This document shows positions 48,081 through 57,204 of a stretch of DNA of 64,000 bases, piece after piece; the stretch's first letter is position 1, and each line of letters opens with the position of its first letter. The notes under the pieces were generated by a model. That model ran no database searches, was not told where the DNA came from, and saw only the letters and a program-made list of their open reading frames with translations. The DNA lies in IMG/VR virus record IMGVR_UViG_3300042371_000472, positions 28,483 through 92,482 of that record. One strand, written 5' to 3'. Source of the DNA: a virus. The position numbers and the translations under genes are program-made.

Positions 48081-48493
48081 TAGTCACCTTCCTCAAAGTG
48101 TTGTTGTTCGTGCTTCTCTAACTCTTCTTCGCTTGGCATTACCTCACCGCACCACATGCATGACTGTGTTGCTTCTAACTCTTCTAACTCTTTTAATTCC
48201 TTCAACTTTTTTCGTTGATCGGTGAGTTCCACTAACTTACGACGAGACTCCTCTTTCATAGCCTTGACTTTGAGACGCTCGTCTTCGGTGAGATGTGGCT
48301 CAATAGGGTATGGCTCGTTGGAAATGTTTCGTTGATCTTGTTTTATGTTTTCTGAGGATTTCTTATACTTAGGTCTAACCTTTGGACTCCACCGTTCGTA
48401 GTCACCGTTGTAATTATCTTCCGGCTTTGCGTACGGTGATTGTTTCGGGATTTGGGGTTCAGGATAGTTACTCTTATCCTTATAAAAAGTCAT
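48080..48493 (-). CDS. Hypothetical protein with C2H2-like zinc finger
   Basis: CMWC.......LEKHEQQH; start uncertain. Confidence 0.5.
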   Translation of the reverse strand: MTFYKDKSNYPEPQIPKQSPYAKPEDNYNGDYERWSPKVRPKYKKSSENIKQDQRNISNEPYPIEPHLTEDERLKVKAMKEESRRKLVELTDQRKKLKELKELEELEATQSCMWCGEVMPSEEELEKHEQQHFEEGD

Positions 48494-48776
48494 CTTCGTC
48501 ATCCCACTCAAAGTCGTCAAGGCTGATACCTAACTCGTCATCTCCAAGCCATTGCTCATTCCCGTAGTACGACTGTGCATGCGCCCAGTCACGGAAGAAT
48601 CGGGTGTCGCCCTCCTCGGCGTTGTACACCTCAATGATCTCGTAGCAAGCAACATCTACGGCGTCCTTGATCAGCGGGATGAAGTCCTCAGGATTGTCAG
48701 GGTCGGACACCTCAAGGACAACTAAGTCCTTGCTTGGTGTCACCCTGATCTTGAAGACTGGCTTGAAATTGTCCAT
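48480..48776 (-). CDS. Acidic hypothetical protein
   Basis: Operonic, coupled to neighbours. Confidence 0.55.
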   Translation of the reverse strand: MDNFKPVFKIRVTPSKDLVVLEVSDPDNPEDFIPLIKDAVDVACYEIIEVYNAEEGDTRFFRDWAHAQSYYGNEQWLGDDELGISLDDFEWDDEDDFL

Positions 48777-49132
48777 TACTTCACCAGCACTTTCAAGTAA
48801 GACGAGTGCTTCAACTCGGTGACTGCGTCAATGACTTCGGCGTCAACGGCACCAAGTTCAATGGCGCTATCTACGGCGCTTGCCTTGACACTGACCTCGG
48901 TGATCTTCTTGAACAGCGACGGTGAGACCAAGTCCTTGAGGGCAATGGCGTCAAACGACCGACGATCCTGAGCGATGTGCTTCAGCGCATAACCATCCAC
49001 GACGACTTCGTCGCCCTCGTCAATGGCTTGCTTGAGCGCCTTCTCAATTTCCTTCAAACGAATCTCAGCCACCTTGCACTCGTTGTGAAGTTTGATGTAC
49101 TCCGTTACTAGGTTCTTCTCTGTCTTGTTCAT
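48776..49132 (-). CDS. Hypothetical protein (coiled coil + RRSFD motif)
   Basis: GAGG RBS; architecture similar to 28755-29189. Confidence 0.6.
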   Translation of the reverse strand: MNKTEKNLVTEYIKLHNECKVAEIRLKEIEKALKQAIDEGDEVVVDGYALKHIAQDRRSFDAIALKDLVSPSLFKKITEVSVKASAVDSAIELGAVDAEVIDAVTELKHSSYLKVLVK

Positions 49133-49293
49133 GCTGTTACCTCTTCCTCGTATCCGTCAAACCAAACTCCAGCCTCTCTAGTGTTTGGGTCTTTGCAATG
49201 TGCTTGAGCCTGTTCAAGCGTGAGTCCACGCTTGATTGTTTTGTTCTTCTTATCAGATTTCCACATACGAACGATCTTGTATGTACTGCTCAT
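49129..49293 (-). CDS. 54-aa hypothetical protein (MSSTYKIVR...GLTLEQAQAHC...WFDGY)
   Basis: Translated by hand; AGGAG RBS; ATGA overlap. Confidence 0.65.
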   Translation of the reverse strand: MSSTYKIVRMWKSDKKNKTIKRGLTLEQAQAHCKDPNTREAGVWFDGYEEEVTA

Positions 49294-49304
49294 TTGTCCA
49301 CTCC

Positions 49305-49568
49305 TCAGTGATGTGTGATGTCTTGGTTGATGATGTAGTTTGACCGTACTTGGGGGGTGTATGGATGTTTGTACGGGGTCGCATAATGGAAGACTCCATT
49401 GACCTCGGCTCCAATGCCCTCAAGGTATTCCCTGATGACTCGGGCGACTTCGCCCCACACCGAATCAGGTGTGTTCGTGTGGTCAGGATGTTGGTTGGGG
49501 AAATATAACCCCTCAGGAACGGTAAGAGTAATCCCTAAGTTCCCCGTGTAAGCCTGTTGCTCGCTCAT
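49305..49568 (-). CDS. Hypothetical protein
   Basis: Operonic. Confidence 0.55.
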   Translation of the reverse strand: MSEQQAYTGNLGITLTVPEGLYFPNQHPDHTNTPDSVWGEVARVIREYLEGIGAEVNGVFHYATPYKHPYTPQVRSNYIINQDITHH

Positions 49569-49972
49569 AACCCTTTCTCCAATTCTTCCAGTACCGCCCT
49601 CTCATGGCGATCTTGTTCAATGCGTGACTTGATGTACTCAAAGAGATTCTCGGTCAACTCGTTCAACTCTTCGTCGTTTTTTATTTCGTGATCATTGGCA
49701 ATGTCATGGGCAATCTCATCGGCGTACACGATGTCGTAACCCTTGCAGAACAACTCTTCCATTTGGTCTGCGGTGTACTTAGGGAACTCACGGCACAATC
49801 GTTCAATCAATGCGTACTGCGGAATAAGTTCCTTGTGCTTGATGTAGTGAGCAATGTGTTCGCCCTTGATCGCTTGCCAGTACCTGAAAAACTGGCAGGT
49901 GTTCTCAAGGTCAAACAGGTCGGTATCGGGATACAGATACCAGTCGCTGGCTTTGGTTCCTTCGTTGTTCAT
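49565..49972 (-). CDS. Hypothetical protein
   Basis: AGGAG RBS, ATGA overlaps. Confidence 0.6.
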   Translation of the reverse strand: MNNEGTKASDWYLYPDTDLFDLENTCQFFRYWQAIKGEHIAHYIKHKELIPQYALIERLCREFPKYTADQMEELFCKGYDIVYADEIAHDIANDHEIKNDEELNELTENLFEYIKSRIEQDRHERAVLEELEKGL

Positions 49973-50313
49973 ACTGTCTCCTCAATGTTCTCGCCGTAAT
50001 TGGCTTTGCCGTGTTTTGATTCGCTGTAACAATCGGTGTGGTAGTTGCCGTAATGGCACTTGCCATCTTCGTCTTCAAACTCCACGCGAGTTTCGCAGTC
50101 AATGTAAATTGGCTCTTCGCATTCGTCGCATTCAAAGCCAGCACATTCACCGCAAGCGAACCCATCTAAGTGTTCGTCTGTTTCTTCATCCCAACGGGTA
50201 GCAGGGATTCGGTTGATGAACTTTCCGACAGGAGAGCCATCCCTAAAGACAGCGCCAAATGCAGTGGGTTCTCCACAGTAAATACAGGGGTCAAAAGTGG
50301 GACTAACGGTCAT
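49969..50313 (-). CDS. Cys-rich zinc-binding hypothetical protein
   Basis: CIYC, CGEC, CDEC, H.DC; start 50313 after AGGAG. Confidence 0.6.
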   Translation of the reverse strand: MTVSPTFDPCIYCGEPTAFGAVFRDGSPVGKFINRIPATRWDEETDEHLDGFACGECAGFECDECEEPIYIDCETRVEFEDEDGKCHYGNYHTDCYSESKHGKANYGENIEETV

Positions 50314-50618
50314 TGCTTCTCCTCTTCGGTGTGTGGTTTTACTGGCTTGTACCCAATCCATATCCCATGGGGATGGACTACTGGGAGGGTCTCAATGCCC
50401 ACCCATTCCTCGTACTTACTCATGCTGAGGCATCGTGGGCATACTTCGTTGTTATCTATAGCAGTTGTACATTCGTCGCAATTCGGGTCATGGCAGAGTT
50501 CACCTTCGCAGGTGCATGGGGCATGTAGTGCTACGCAGTACAGCGCCCCAGCGAGGTGTCGTAACTTGACAGCCTCGTCAAAAACAGCAATCGGGTCTAT
50601 GCCCGTCTCAATGGTCAT
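50310..50618 (-). CDS. Cys-rich hypothetical protein
   Basis: CTC..C...CDEC...CPRC; AAGGAG RBS. Confidence 0.6.
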   Translation of the reverse strand: MTIETGIDPIAVFDEAVKLRHLAGALYCVALHAPCTCEGELCHDPNCDECTTAIDNNEVCPRCLSMSKYEEWVGIETLPVVHPHGIWIGYKPVKPHTEEEKQ

Positions 50619-50659
50619 GTGGTTCTCCTTGTGGTTTGATGTGTCACTATCGTGTTGTG

Positions 50660-50694
50660 TAGATGGGGTGTCCCACCGTGGGACACCCCATCTA
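50660..50694. repeat. Palindrome copy 2 (core 50669-50685), extended to a 35-bp perfect inverted repeat
   Basis: TAGATGGGG-core-CCCCATCTA. Confidence 0.95.
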
Positions 50695-50698
50695 AGGC

Positions 50699-51187
50699 TT
50701 AGGAGTTAGTTAGAACTTCTTTCTTACGGATAACAACGCCAGCACGGTGGAGCGTGTCGTACACGACCTTCGGCGTGACTGCGAGGTCTTTGGCGATCTT
50801 GACGCCCGACTCACCTGACTGGTAGCGGACAACGATGGAGTTGTTGCGCTCCGTGTTGGCTCGCTTGCGTCGTTCCACACCAACGGTGCGGAGGCTCGTG
50901 TAGACGGTCTCAACGGTCACTCCGAGGGAGCGAGCGATACTCGGGCCTGACTCACCTGAGCGGTAGCGGTTGGCAATCTCGGCACGGCGCATGGTTGTCT
51001 GTGCGCTTGACTTACGACCACGCTTGACGGGGCGAACAAAGATGCCAGCCTCACGAGCATGCTTCAGTAAATACTGGACTTGGTTCTCGCTAATTCCGTA
51101 TTCGGAAGCGACCACCGCCCGCACTTTTCCTGCATTGTGTTCCGCTACAACGGCATTTGCCAGCGCAACTCTCTTGAATAGATTCAT
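50699..51187 (-). CDS. Triple helix-turn-helix DNA-binding protein
   Basis: Three HTH-like repeats (VASEYGIS..V, IARSLGVT..TVY, IAKDLAVT..VVY). Confidence 0.75.
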   Translation of the reverse strand: MNLFKRVALANAVVAEHNAGKVRAVVASEYGISENQVQYLLKHAREAGIFVRPVKRGRKSSAQTTMRRAEIANRYRSGESGPSIARSLGVTVETVYTSLRTVGVERRKRANTERNNSIVVRYQSGESGVKIAKDLAVTPKVVYDTLHRAGVVIRKKEVLTNS

Positions 51188-51272
51188 GGGTTTTCCTTTT
51201 GGTTGGTTATTTGGTTTGGGATTAAATCCTCGCTGACTGGTGGGGGTACCAGCCAGCGAGGACATTGCTTAC

Positions 51273-52541
51273 TCAGAACGGTTCGTCGTCTCCGACGACC
51301 ACCTGAGGAGTTCTGCCAGCCTGCTCTTCAATCAAGAAGGTGCGGATGGACTTGTCATTGATGATGGCTTCCACCTTGGGGCGCTCACGCTCGTTGAAGA
51401 ACGAGGCAAACACTGCCAACCCAATCTCAACGCCAAGAGCGTCAATGTCTTTCTTGGCATCCACCAGCAACTTGGTGCCGACTGGTGTTTGGATTGAGCC
51501 GAGGCGACGAGCCTCACGGAGCGATTCCGCAAGCAAGACCATGCTGGGCGAGCCGAGCAACTTGGTCTCAACATCACGGTCGTATCCCCATGGGATGCGC
51601 TTGGTGAAGCGGTTGGCGAATGCCTCGTTGAGAGGCGAGGTACCACGGTACCCAGCAGGGTTCATGGTGCCGACAATCCAGCAACCCGTGTTCATCTTGG
51701 TCTGAGCCATGAGGTACTCACCCTCGGACTCCACAGCCTTCTGACGGTTGACGAACGAGCGTCGGTCGTCAGCGACTGGGTGGAGCGTTGAGGTGACTCG
51801 CTCGGGCATCATGTTGATCTCGTCAAGGTACAAGATGCATGGCACCTTGCTGGCGAGTTCAATGATGCCGTTGAGGAACACGAGGCGCTCCACGCCATCG
51901 GCACCGATGTGTGCGACCGACTGACCGAACAAGTCGTAGTCGGTGACACCAGCGGAACCGCTGAGGGTGAACACTGGGAGGGGCTTGGGGAAGCCCAGTT
52001 CCTTGGACACGAGGCAGGCGAGCACCTGAACGAACATGGTCTTGCCAGCCTGTGTGTCGCCCTCAAAGAGGACATTGGCTGAGTAACCATTGTTGTCACG
52101 GGTGCGCCAGTAGTGGAGCAGAAGGTCGGTGTCCTTGATTGAACCGAACAACTTGCGTGAGACATACTTCTTGAGCAAGTCCCATGATGGGCGGTACGGG
52201 TCAAGACGGACATCCATCGGGTCAACGATGGGCTTCTGTGCGACGACTACTGGAGCCGACGCTGGTGCGTTGACTGCTGGCGCAACTGCTGAGGTCACGA
52301 TGGTGCCATCCGAGAGCAACTTCGGGAGGAGGTAGACAACCTCACCGCTGGTGCGACGGACTTGGATGCAACGAGCGAACTCGGTGCCATCGGGGTCAAC
52401 TTCATTGGTGACGATGACGACTGTTTCGCCCACGGGGATTTCAACCCGAGTGCTGTCGGCTAATCGTGCGCTGACTGTCTTGGACTTTTTGGCAGAGATT
52501 TCAAACTCTTTGCCAACTGTGAGGTCGCTGATGCGAGCCAT
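51273..52541 (-). CDS. MoxR/CobS-type AAA+ ATPase
   Basis: GDTQAGKT, LYLDEIN, GTMNP.GY.GT.PLN.AF.NRF; start 52541 after AAGGAG. Confidence 0.88.
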   Translation of the reverse strand: MARISDLTVGKEFEISAKKSKTVSARLADSTRVEIPVGETVVIVTNEVDPDGTEFARCIQVRRTSGEVVYLLPKLLSDGTIVTSAVAPAVNAPASAPVVVAQKPIVDPMDVRLDPYRPSWDLLKKYVSRKLFGSIKDTDLLLHYWRTRDNNGYSANVLFEGDTQAGKTMFVQVLACLVSKELGFPKPLPVFTLSGSAGVTDYDLFGQSVAHIGADGVERLVFLNGIIELASKVPCILYLDEINMMPERVTSTLHPVADDRRSFVNRQKAVESEGEYLMAQTKMNTGCWIVGTMNPAGYRGTSPLNEAFANRFTKRIPWGYDRDVETKLLGSPSMVLLAESLREARRLGSIQTPVGTKLLVDAKKDIDALGVEIGLAVFASFFNERERPKVEAIINDKSIRTFLIEEQAGRTPQVVVGDDEPF

Positions 52542-52592
52542 GATGGTTCTCCTTGTGGTTTGGTGATTTGGTGGTTTAGGTTTTATTACTGC

Positions 52593-52609
52593 TGTCCCAC
52601 GGTGGGACA
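52593..52609. repeat. Palindrome copy 3 (central G)
   Basis: TGTCCCACGGTGGGACA between the VWA and MoxR genes. Confidence 0.95.
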
Positions 52610-52687
52610 CTTACTGCGATCTCCCCACCCCATGTACTACTGAGGTGGGGGAGAGACGGTATCTCTCAATTATTTGGATAACAACTC

Positions 52688-54850
52688 CTACCCAAGGAAG
52701 TTCAGAAGAAAGTTTCTGACAACTTCAGGTAGTTGTTCTATTGTGTCAATGTTGACAACTTGGTCGCAACCAACCCTGAGGAGGTACGCAGTGTCAACCT
52801 CAGCGCCAAAGGCGACTCCCAAGAACACACGACCATCACTGGCGTAGTCGTGGCACTTGACATCGCCATTCCAAACACCATCCGTGAGGATGATGACGAG
52901 GTGGTACTTCTGCTCCTCACGGTGTGAATCCAACACATTGAATGCACTTATGGGGTTAGTCCCACCACCTGGCTTTAAGGCGACTGGCTCAACATGGCGA
53001 TCAATCGCTCGCCACAACTCTTGCGAGTCTGAGTCAAAGGTGACCACGGTGCAGTCAATGCCGACTTGGTCGCAGGCTTCTTTGACGGCGAATCCGCTCA
53101 CGCCCAACTCACGACCAACACTGGACATTGAACCGCTCGTATCTAACATAAGAGTTACGGCGATGTCTAAGCCAGTGTTACCCGTTGAGGTAAGTGTGCG
53201 ACGGTACTCGTTGTCACCAGCGTTGCGAGTGCGGTATCGGAAGGCGTTGATGACACCCTCACGATGACCCTCTTCCCAAATTGGCAGGGCTGACGATGAC
53301 GCCGAGTCAAATGCCGTGCCGAGTCGGTAAGCAATGTCCCGTGCTCGGTTGGCGCCCTCGTCATCCATTGCCGTACCTGACAACTCAGGAGCGAGTTGCT
53401 TGATGTCGCCTCGGTTGAAGTCCTCGTTGATGGCTCGGACTGTGTCCTCAATGTCGGAGTCATTGTGAATCTCGTTCTCAATTTCATCCAACAATTCTTT
53501 GAGGTCAGAGGTCGTGTCATCCTCGGATGTGCCAGCGTCATCGGCGTCTTGCTGTGGCTTCTCCGTGCCACCGTCACCGCCAGCACCACCACCCTCGCCA
53601 TCATCGTTGGCATCACCATCGTTGTTGCACTTACCATCATCGTCGGCGTTGCTTGAACTCTCGTTCACACTGTCATTGGTGTTGTCACCGTCAGCAGATG
53701 AGCCTTCGCCATCCTGTGCGTCGTCGTCACCCTCGTGTGGGTCGCCCGATCCGCTTCCCTCTGACTCGTCGTCACCCTTGGCGTCATCCTTAGGTTCAGT
53801 CTTATCCTTAGACTTACCCTTGGTGATCTCTTTGCCATCCTCATCCTGATCGTCAGCCGAATCCGCCGAGTCCTGCACGGGGCGCTTCCCATTACGGGGA
53901 TGACCAGTGTGGTCATCAAACTGTGGAGGAACGATGTCCAGCGCCTTAAGCAACTGATGGAACTTGATGACAGCGACGACCTTGTCTTCAACCGATGTTG
54001 CTCGGCAATACTCCCGAACAACTTCCTCGGCTGAGACAGTGGCGTGATCGCCAAAGTAAGTGTTGAAGTTATTCCGTGACTTACGGCGTAGTTCTATCGG
54101 TAAGAACCGACGATTGATAACTAACAAATACTGGCAGGCGATTCCTTTCTCGGATGACTTGTCAATGCCACCGTTGTCGGTGCTCCAGTTCGCCTCATTG
54201 AGAATCCAGTTGACGCTCAAGTAGGTCAGGTAGCGAGCGAGGTACGGTGACTGAGCGACCAGTGCAGTTTCCATGCGCTGATCTTCTAGTATGTTCCATG
54301 CACGGCGCACACTTGTGGCTGTCTCTTGGGACAGAGTGGGGTACTTCTTGACCCACTCCTCGTTGCCGTAGCCACAGTCTGCCATCATCCAGTTGATGTG
54401 CTGGCTGAACAGAATGTGTCCTAGTTCGTGATACTGGAGCGCCTTGACCTCGCTGACCAATCGCTTGAGCGACTCAATGTCATTGATGTACACCGTGTTG
54501 CCAGCCTCATCGGCAGTGACTGGCATCGGATACTTAACGACGATCTTTGTGCCGTCTGTGTATGCCACTGGTGATTTACTGCCCACAGGCGCTTCGCCCA
54601 TGTGAATCGGTACTGAGACACCGAACGATGCATTGACCGCACGACACAGGCTCACGAGGTTGCGTATGATCGCAATTCCCTGTGATTCCTTGGTGCGATT
54701 CCTTTGGTTCCTAGAATCGGAACGGAGCGAGCCACGGGCTTTCTCCATCTCTACGAGAGCGCTCTTGCTCTGATCACGAGCGATGCGACGGCGTTCTGTT
54801 TGGAGGCGACGCTTCGCCTCGGGGGACAGGTTGATGATTGGCTTGCTCAT
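52688..54850 (-). CDS. CobT-like VWA-domain protein with HExxH metallopeptidase-like domain and acidic linker
   Basis: HELGH, N.LED.R.E, D/E/G-rich linker, MIDAS DTSGSM, GGT.P, ILTDG. Confidence 0.88.
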   Translation of the reverse strand: MSKPIINLSPEAKRRLQTERRRIARDQSKSALVEMEKARGSLRSDSRNQRNRTKESQGIAIIRNLVSLCRAVNASFGVSVPIHMGEAPVGSKSPVAYTDGTKIVVKYPMPVTADEAGNTVYINDIESLKRLVSEVKALQYHELGHILFSQHINWMMADCGYGNEEWVKKYPTLSQETATSVRRAWNILEDQRMETALVAQSPYLARYLTYLSVNWILNEANWSTDNGGIDKSSEKGIACQYLLVINRRFLPIELRRKSRNNFNTYFGDHATVSAEEVVREYCRATSVEDKVVAVIKFHQLLKALDIVPPQFDDHTGHPRNGKRPVQDSADSADDQDEDGKEITKGKSKDKTEPKDDAKGDDESEGSGSGDPHEGDDDAQDGEGSSADGDNTNDSVNESSSNADDDGKCNNDGDANDDGEGGGAGGDGGTEKPQQDADDAGTSEDDTTSDLKELLDEIENEIHNDSDIEDTVRAINEDFNRGDIKQLAPELSGTAMDDEGANRARDIAYRLGTAFDSASSSALPIWEEGHREGVINAFRYRTRNAGDNEYRRTLTSTGNTGLDIAVTLMLDTSGSMSSVGRELGVSGFAVKEACDQVGIDCTVVTFDSDSQELWRAIDRHVEPVALKPGGGTNPISAFNVLDSHREEQKYHLVIILTDGVWNGDVKCHDYASDGRVFLGVAFGAEVDTAYLLRVGCDQVVNIDTIEQLPEVVRNFLLNFLG

Positions 54851-55080
54851 TTGTATCTCCATGTTCCGTTTGGACTAACGATGACGGGAGCGTCACCATA
54901 CTGAATGGGTAGGTCACAGTTGTTGAGACCATCAAGTGCGATGTCCCAACCAATGGCATCCCATGTGCCGTTGCCATGGAAGGCAACCTTGCATGTGGGC
55001 TGGTCACTATCTCGGCTCGCAAGAGCCAGCACAAGGCTGACTCCTGCGCCGATCAGAACTAACTTGCTGAATGGATTCAT
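54847..55080 (-). CDS. Small exported/membrane protein
   Basis: N-terminal hydrophobic helix. Confidence 0.5.
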   Translation of the reverse strand: MNPFSKLVLIGAGVSLVLALASRDSDQPTCKVAFHGNGTWDAIGWDIALDGLNNCDLPIQYGDAPVIVSPNGTWRYK

Positions 55081-55376
55081 CACTTTCCCTTCTGTGCACT
55101 TGGCACGATGTCGCAGGAGCAGACGACTTCATCTTGCTCGCCTGCGTCGCCGTTCTCATCAACATCAACGATCTCGCCGTACTCGTTGATGACATCGGTG
55201 GTGTAACCCGAGTGCCAGTAACCGCCCTCGTTGAGGAAGTCGTACTTGTCATCAAGGCTGGTGGTGTCCCAGTCGGCTGGGACTAACTCTTCTTCAATGT
55301 AGAAGTAATCCCACTTCTGACCGATGCCCGAGTAGTACTGCAACTCGGTCAGTATCTCAAAACAAATCTTGCTCAT
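55080..55376 (-). CDS. Acidic hypothetical protein
   Basis: GGAGG RBS before ATG 55376. Confidence 0.55.
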   Translation of the reverse strand: MSKICFEILTELQYYSGIGQKWDYFYIEEELVPADWDTTSLDDKYDFLNEGGYWHSGYTTDVINEYGEIVDVDENGDAGEQDEVVCSCDIVPSAQKGK

Positions 55377-55591
55377 CAGTATTCCCTCCATGTTTGTGTG
55401 GGTTCATCCCACTGTGCGTTAATTGGATTGATGTCAGCATCGGCGCTGACCACCTTGATGGTGTCAGTCCACCAACAGAGTTCTTCCGCTTCCTCGTATG
55501 CCTTACGAACAAGAGCCGTGGCTTCTTCTTCGCTTTCAGCCAGCACCTCGTAGGTGCTGACCTTGGTCAGTTGATAGAACTTCTTACTCAT
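55376..55591 (-). CDS. Hypothetical protein
   Basis: AGGAGG RBS; EVLAESEEEA motif. Confidence 0.6.
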   Translation of the reverse strand: MSKKFYQLTKVSTYEVLAESEEEATALVRKAYEEAEELCWWTDTIKVVSADADINPINAQWDEPTQTWREY

Positions 55592-55805
55592 TTGTAATGC
55601 CTCCTATTACATAAAAGTCTTCGTCGTTGTCGGGGTTGGTCAGTGCGATGATCTCTTCGGCGCTTTCCACATAGAAGAAGATTGAATCGTCAAAGCGAAC
55701 ATCAACGGTGTCCTCGTCGTACTTGCCGATGGCGAATGATCGCCACTGCGGTTCGTCGTCAGCGAGTTCGTCTTTCCACTTGATCTGAAATTGATATACC
55801 TGCAT
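55584..55805 (-). CDS. Acidic hypothetical protein
   Basis: CGCCTGAGGAGGC leader. Confidence 0.6.
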   Translation of the reverse strand: MQVYQFQIKWKDELADDEPQWRSFAIGKYDEDTVDVRFDDSIFFYVESAEEIIALTNPDNDEDFYVIGGITNE

Positions 55806-55815
55806 GGTTGCCTCC

Positions 55816-56160
55816 TCAGGCGTCGTCGTTGTCGGATTCGTGTTTGCTGATGTACCTTGTCACGGCTGTTATACCTTGGACAATGATTGCTTGTTCATGT
55901 GCCTCCTTGAGAACGCTGAGGCATTCAATCAAACTGGTCAGTTCAGCAATCTTGGTCTCAAGTGCGAGCAGGCGACCTGCCTTGCTGACAAGGATTTCTG
56001 TGCCCCGACCGATGTTGTCGTTCAGGCGCTCGGTTGCCAACTTGCAGAGCGTACGGGTCTCGTACTCGTACTCGTCAAAAGCACTCTTGAGGTGTCGCTC
56101 GGCTTGAATCAAGCGATACTCAAACTCAAACTCAATCGGGTTTGTAACGGATGTTGCCAT
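55816..56160 (-). CDS. Helical hypothetical protein
   Basis: Start 56160 after CGCCTAAGGAGGC. Confidence 0.6.
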   Translation of the reverse strand: MATSVTNPIEFEFEYRLIQAERHLKSAFDEYEYETRTLCKLATERLNDNIGRGTEILVSKAGRLLALETKIAELTSLIECLSVLKEAHEQAIIVQGITAVTRYISKHESDNDDA

Positions 56161-56197
56161 TTTGTTTGCCTCCTTAGGCGTTGTTTTTAGATAAGAG

Positions 56198-56356
56198 TTA
56201 CTGTCCCACCGTGGGACAGTCGTGGACAAGTTCGCACTCGCAGTCGTAGTACGGGAACTTCAGACCGCATGTATCGCACACGGTCACATTGGGGTAGTAG
56301 GTGAAGCCCACGGGCTTGACGCCCGTGGACTCACAGCAGTACCAGTCGTCGCTCAT
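56198..56356 (-). CDS. 52-aa Cys-rich peptide ending inside the palindrome
   Basis: Translated by hand: MSDDWYCC...CDTC...CECELVHDCPTVGQ*. Confidence 0.5.
   Translation of the reverse strand: MSDDWYCCESTGVKPVGFTYYPNVTVCDTCGLKFPYYDCECELVHDCPTVGQ
56200..56220. repeat. Palindrome copy 4 (core 56202-56218)
   Basis: AC-core-GT. Confidence 0.95.
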
Positions 56357-56358
56357 GA

Positions 56359-56592
56359 TCAGTCCCAACTAATGAATGCGTTGCTGTCGGGGTGGGTGTA
56401 GAACGGGGGCGTCGCCACCAGTGTGGTGTCCTCGGCGCTGAAGCCGTTGATGGCATCAATCGCTTCGTCAATCTGAGCGACGACCTCTGCGTCTCCAGCA
56501 TCGCCTGACCACCACTCTCGGTAGTCCTCCAATGCGGTGACAATGATCGTGCTGTGTTCCTCAATGATCTGTTGGGCGGTGGGCTTGCTCAT
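56359..56592 (-). CDS. Hypothetical protein
   Basis: AAGGAG RBS, ATGA overlap. Confidence 0.6.
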   Translation of the reverse strand: MSKPTAQQIIEEHSTIIVTALEDYREWWSGDAGDAEVVAQIDEAIDAINGFSAEDTTLVATPPFYTHPDSNAFISWD

Positions 56593-56771
56593 GCTGTTTC
56601 TCCTTTGAGTTCAACTGCTTTGCCAATTCGTTCAGCAATTTCAAATATGTAATCTTCATTTTCTTCCAACTCTGCTTCATCGTTGGCGTCAAAATTGCTG
56701 GTATCAACAACTAAACATTCGCTGATATCAATGATGGTTCCTGTACCAAAATGTACGATTAACTTGCTCAT
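56589..56771 (-). CDS. Small acidic protein, paralog of 57019-57204
   Basis: IVH.GTGTII...EC.VVD shared. Confidence 0.65.
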   Translation of the reverse strand: MSKLIVHFGTGTIIDISECLVVDTSNFDANDEAELEENEDYIFEIAERIGKAVELKGETA

Positions 56772-57022
56772 GCTGGTTCTCCTTCGGATTGTTCGGGTTC
56801 AATTACTTCAATGCCACCAGTGGTGGTCAGGTCTTCGGTGATGTACGAGATGACGGCGTGGTCTTCTCCAAACCAACCCTCATCGTCTCGCACCTTGACA
56901 TCAATGCTGATCGGGAAGTCTTCAAAGGCTTCCTGAATGTCCACGGTCTCGTAGTCGTCGGGCACTTGCACCTCAGCGACAACGCTGAACTCGTACCACT
57001 GTGTGATGGTTACTGTCTTCAT
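56768..57022 (-). CDS. Acidic hypothetical protein
   Basis: AAGGAG RBS, ATGA overlaps. Confidence 0.6.
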   Translation of the reverse strand: MKTVTITQWYEFSVVAEVQVPDDYETVDIQEAFEDFPISIDVKVRDDEGWFGEDHAVISYITEDLTTTGGIEVIEPEQSEGEPA

Positions 57023-57204
57023 GATTGCTCTCCTTGTGGTTGTAGTTGTTGTCCAACACGCTGGGCGACCTCAATGATCTCGTCTTCCCAACCCGCGTCA
57101 AAAATCTCAGTGTCGTGGTCGTCTAGTTTGTCTAGGTCAACGACGACACACTCGTCGGCATTGATGATTGTTCCTGTTCCGATGTGAACGATGTACTTGG
57201 TCAT
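57019..57204 (-). CDS. Small acidic protein, paralog of 56589-56771
   Basis: IVH.GTGTII...EC.VVD shared. Confidence 0.65.
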   Translation of the reverse strand: MTKYIVHIGTGTIINADECVVVDLDKLDDHDTEIFDAGWEDEIIEVAQRVGQQLQPQGEQS

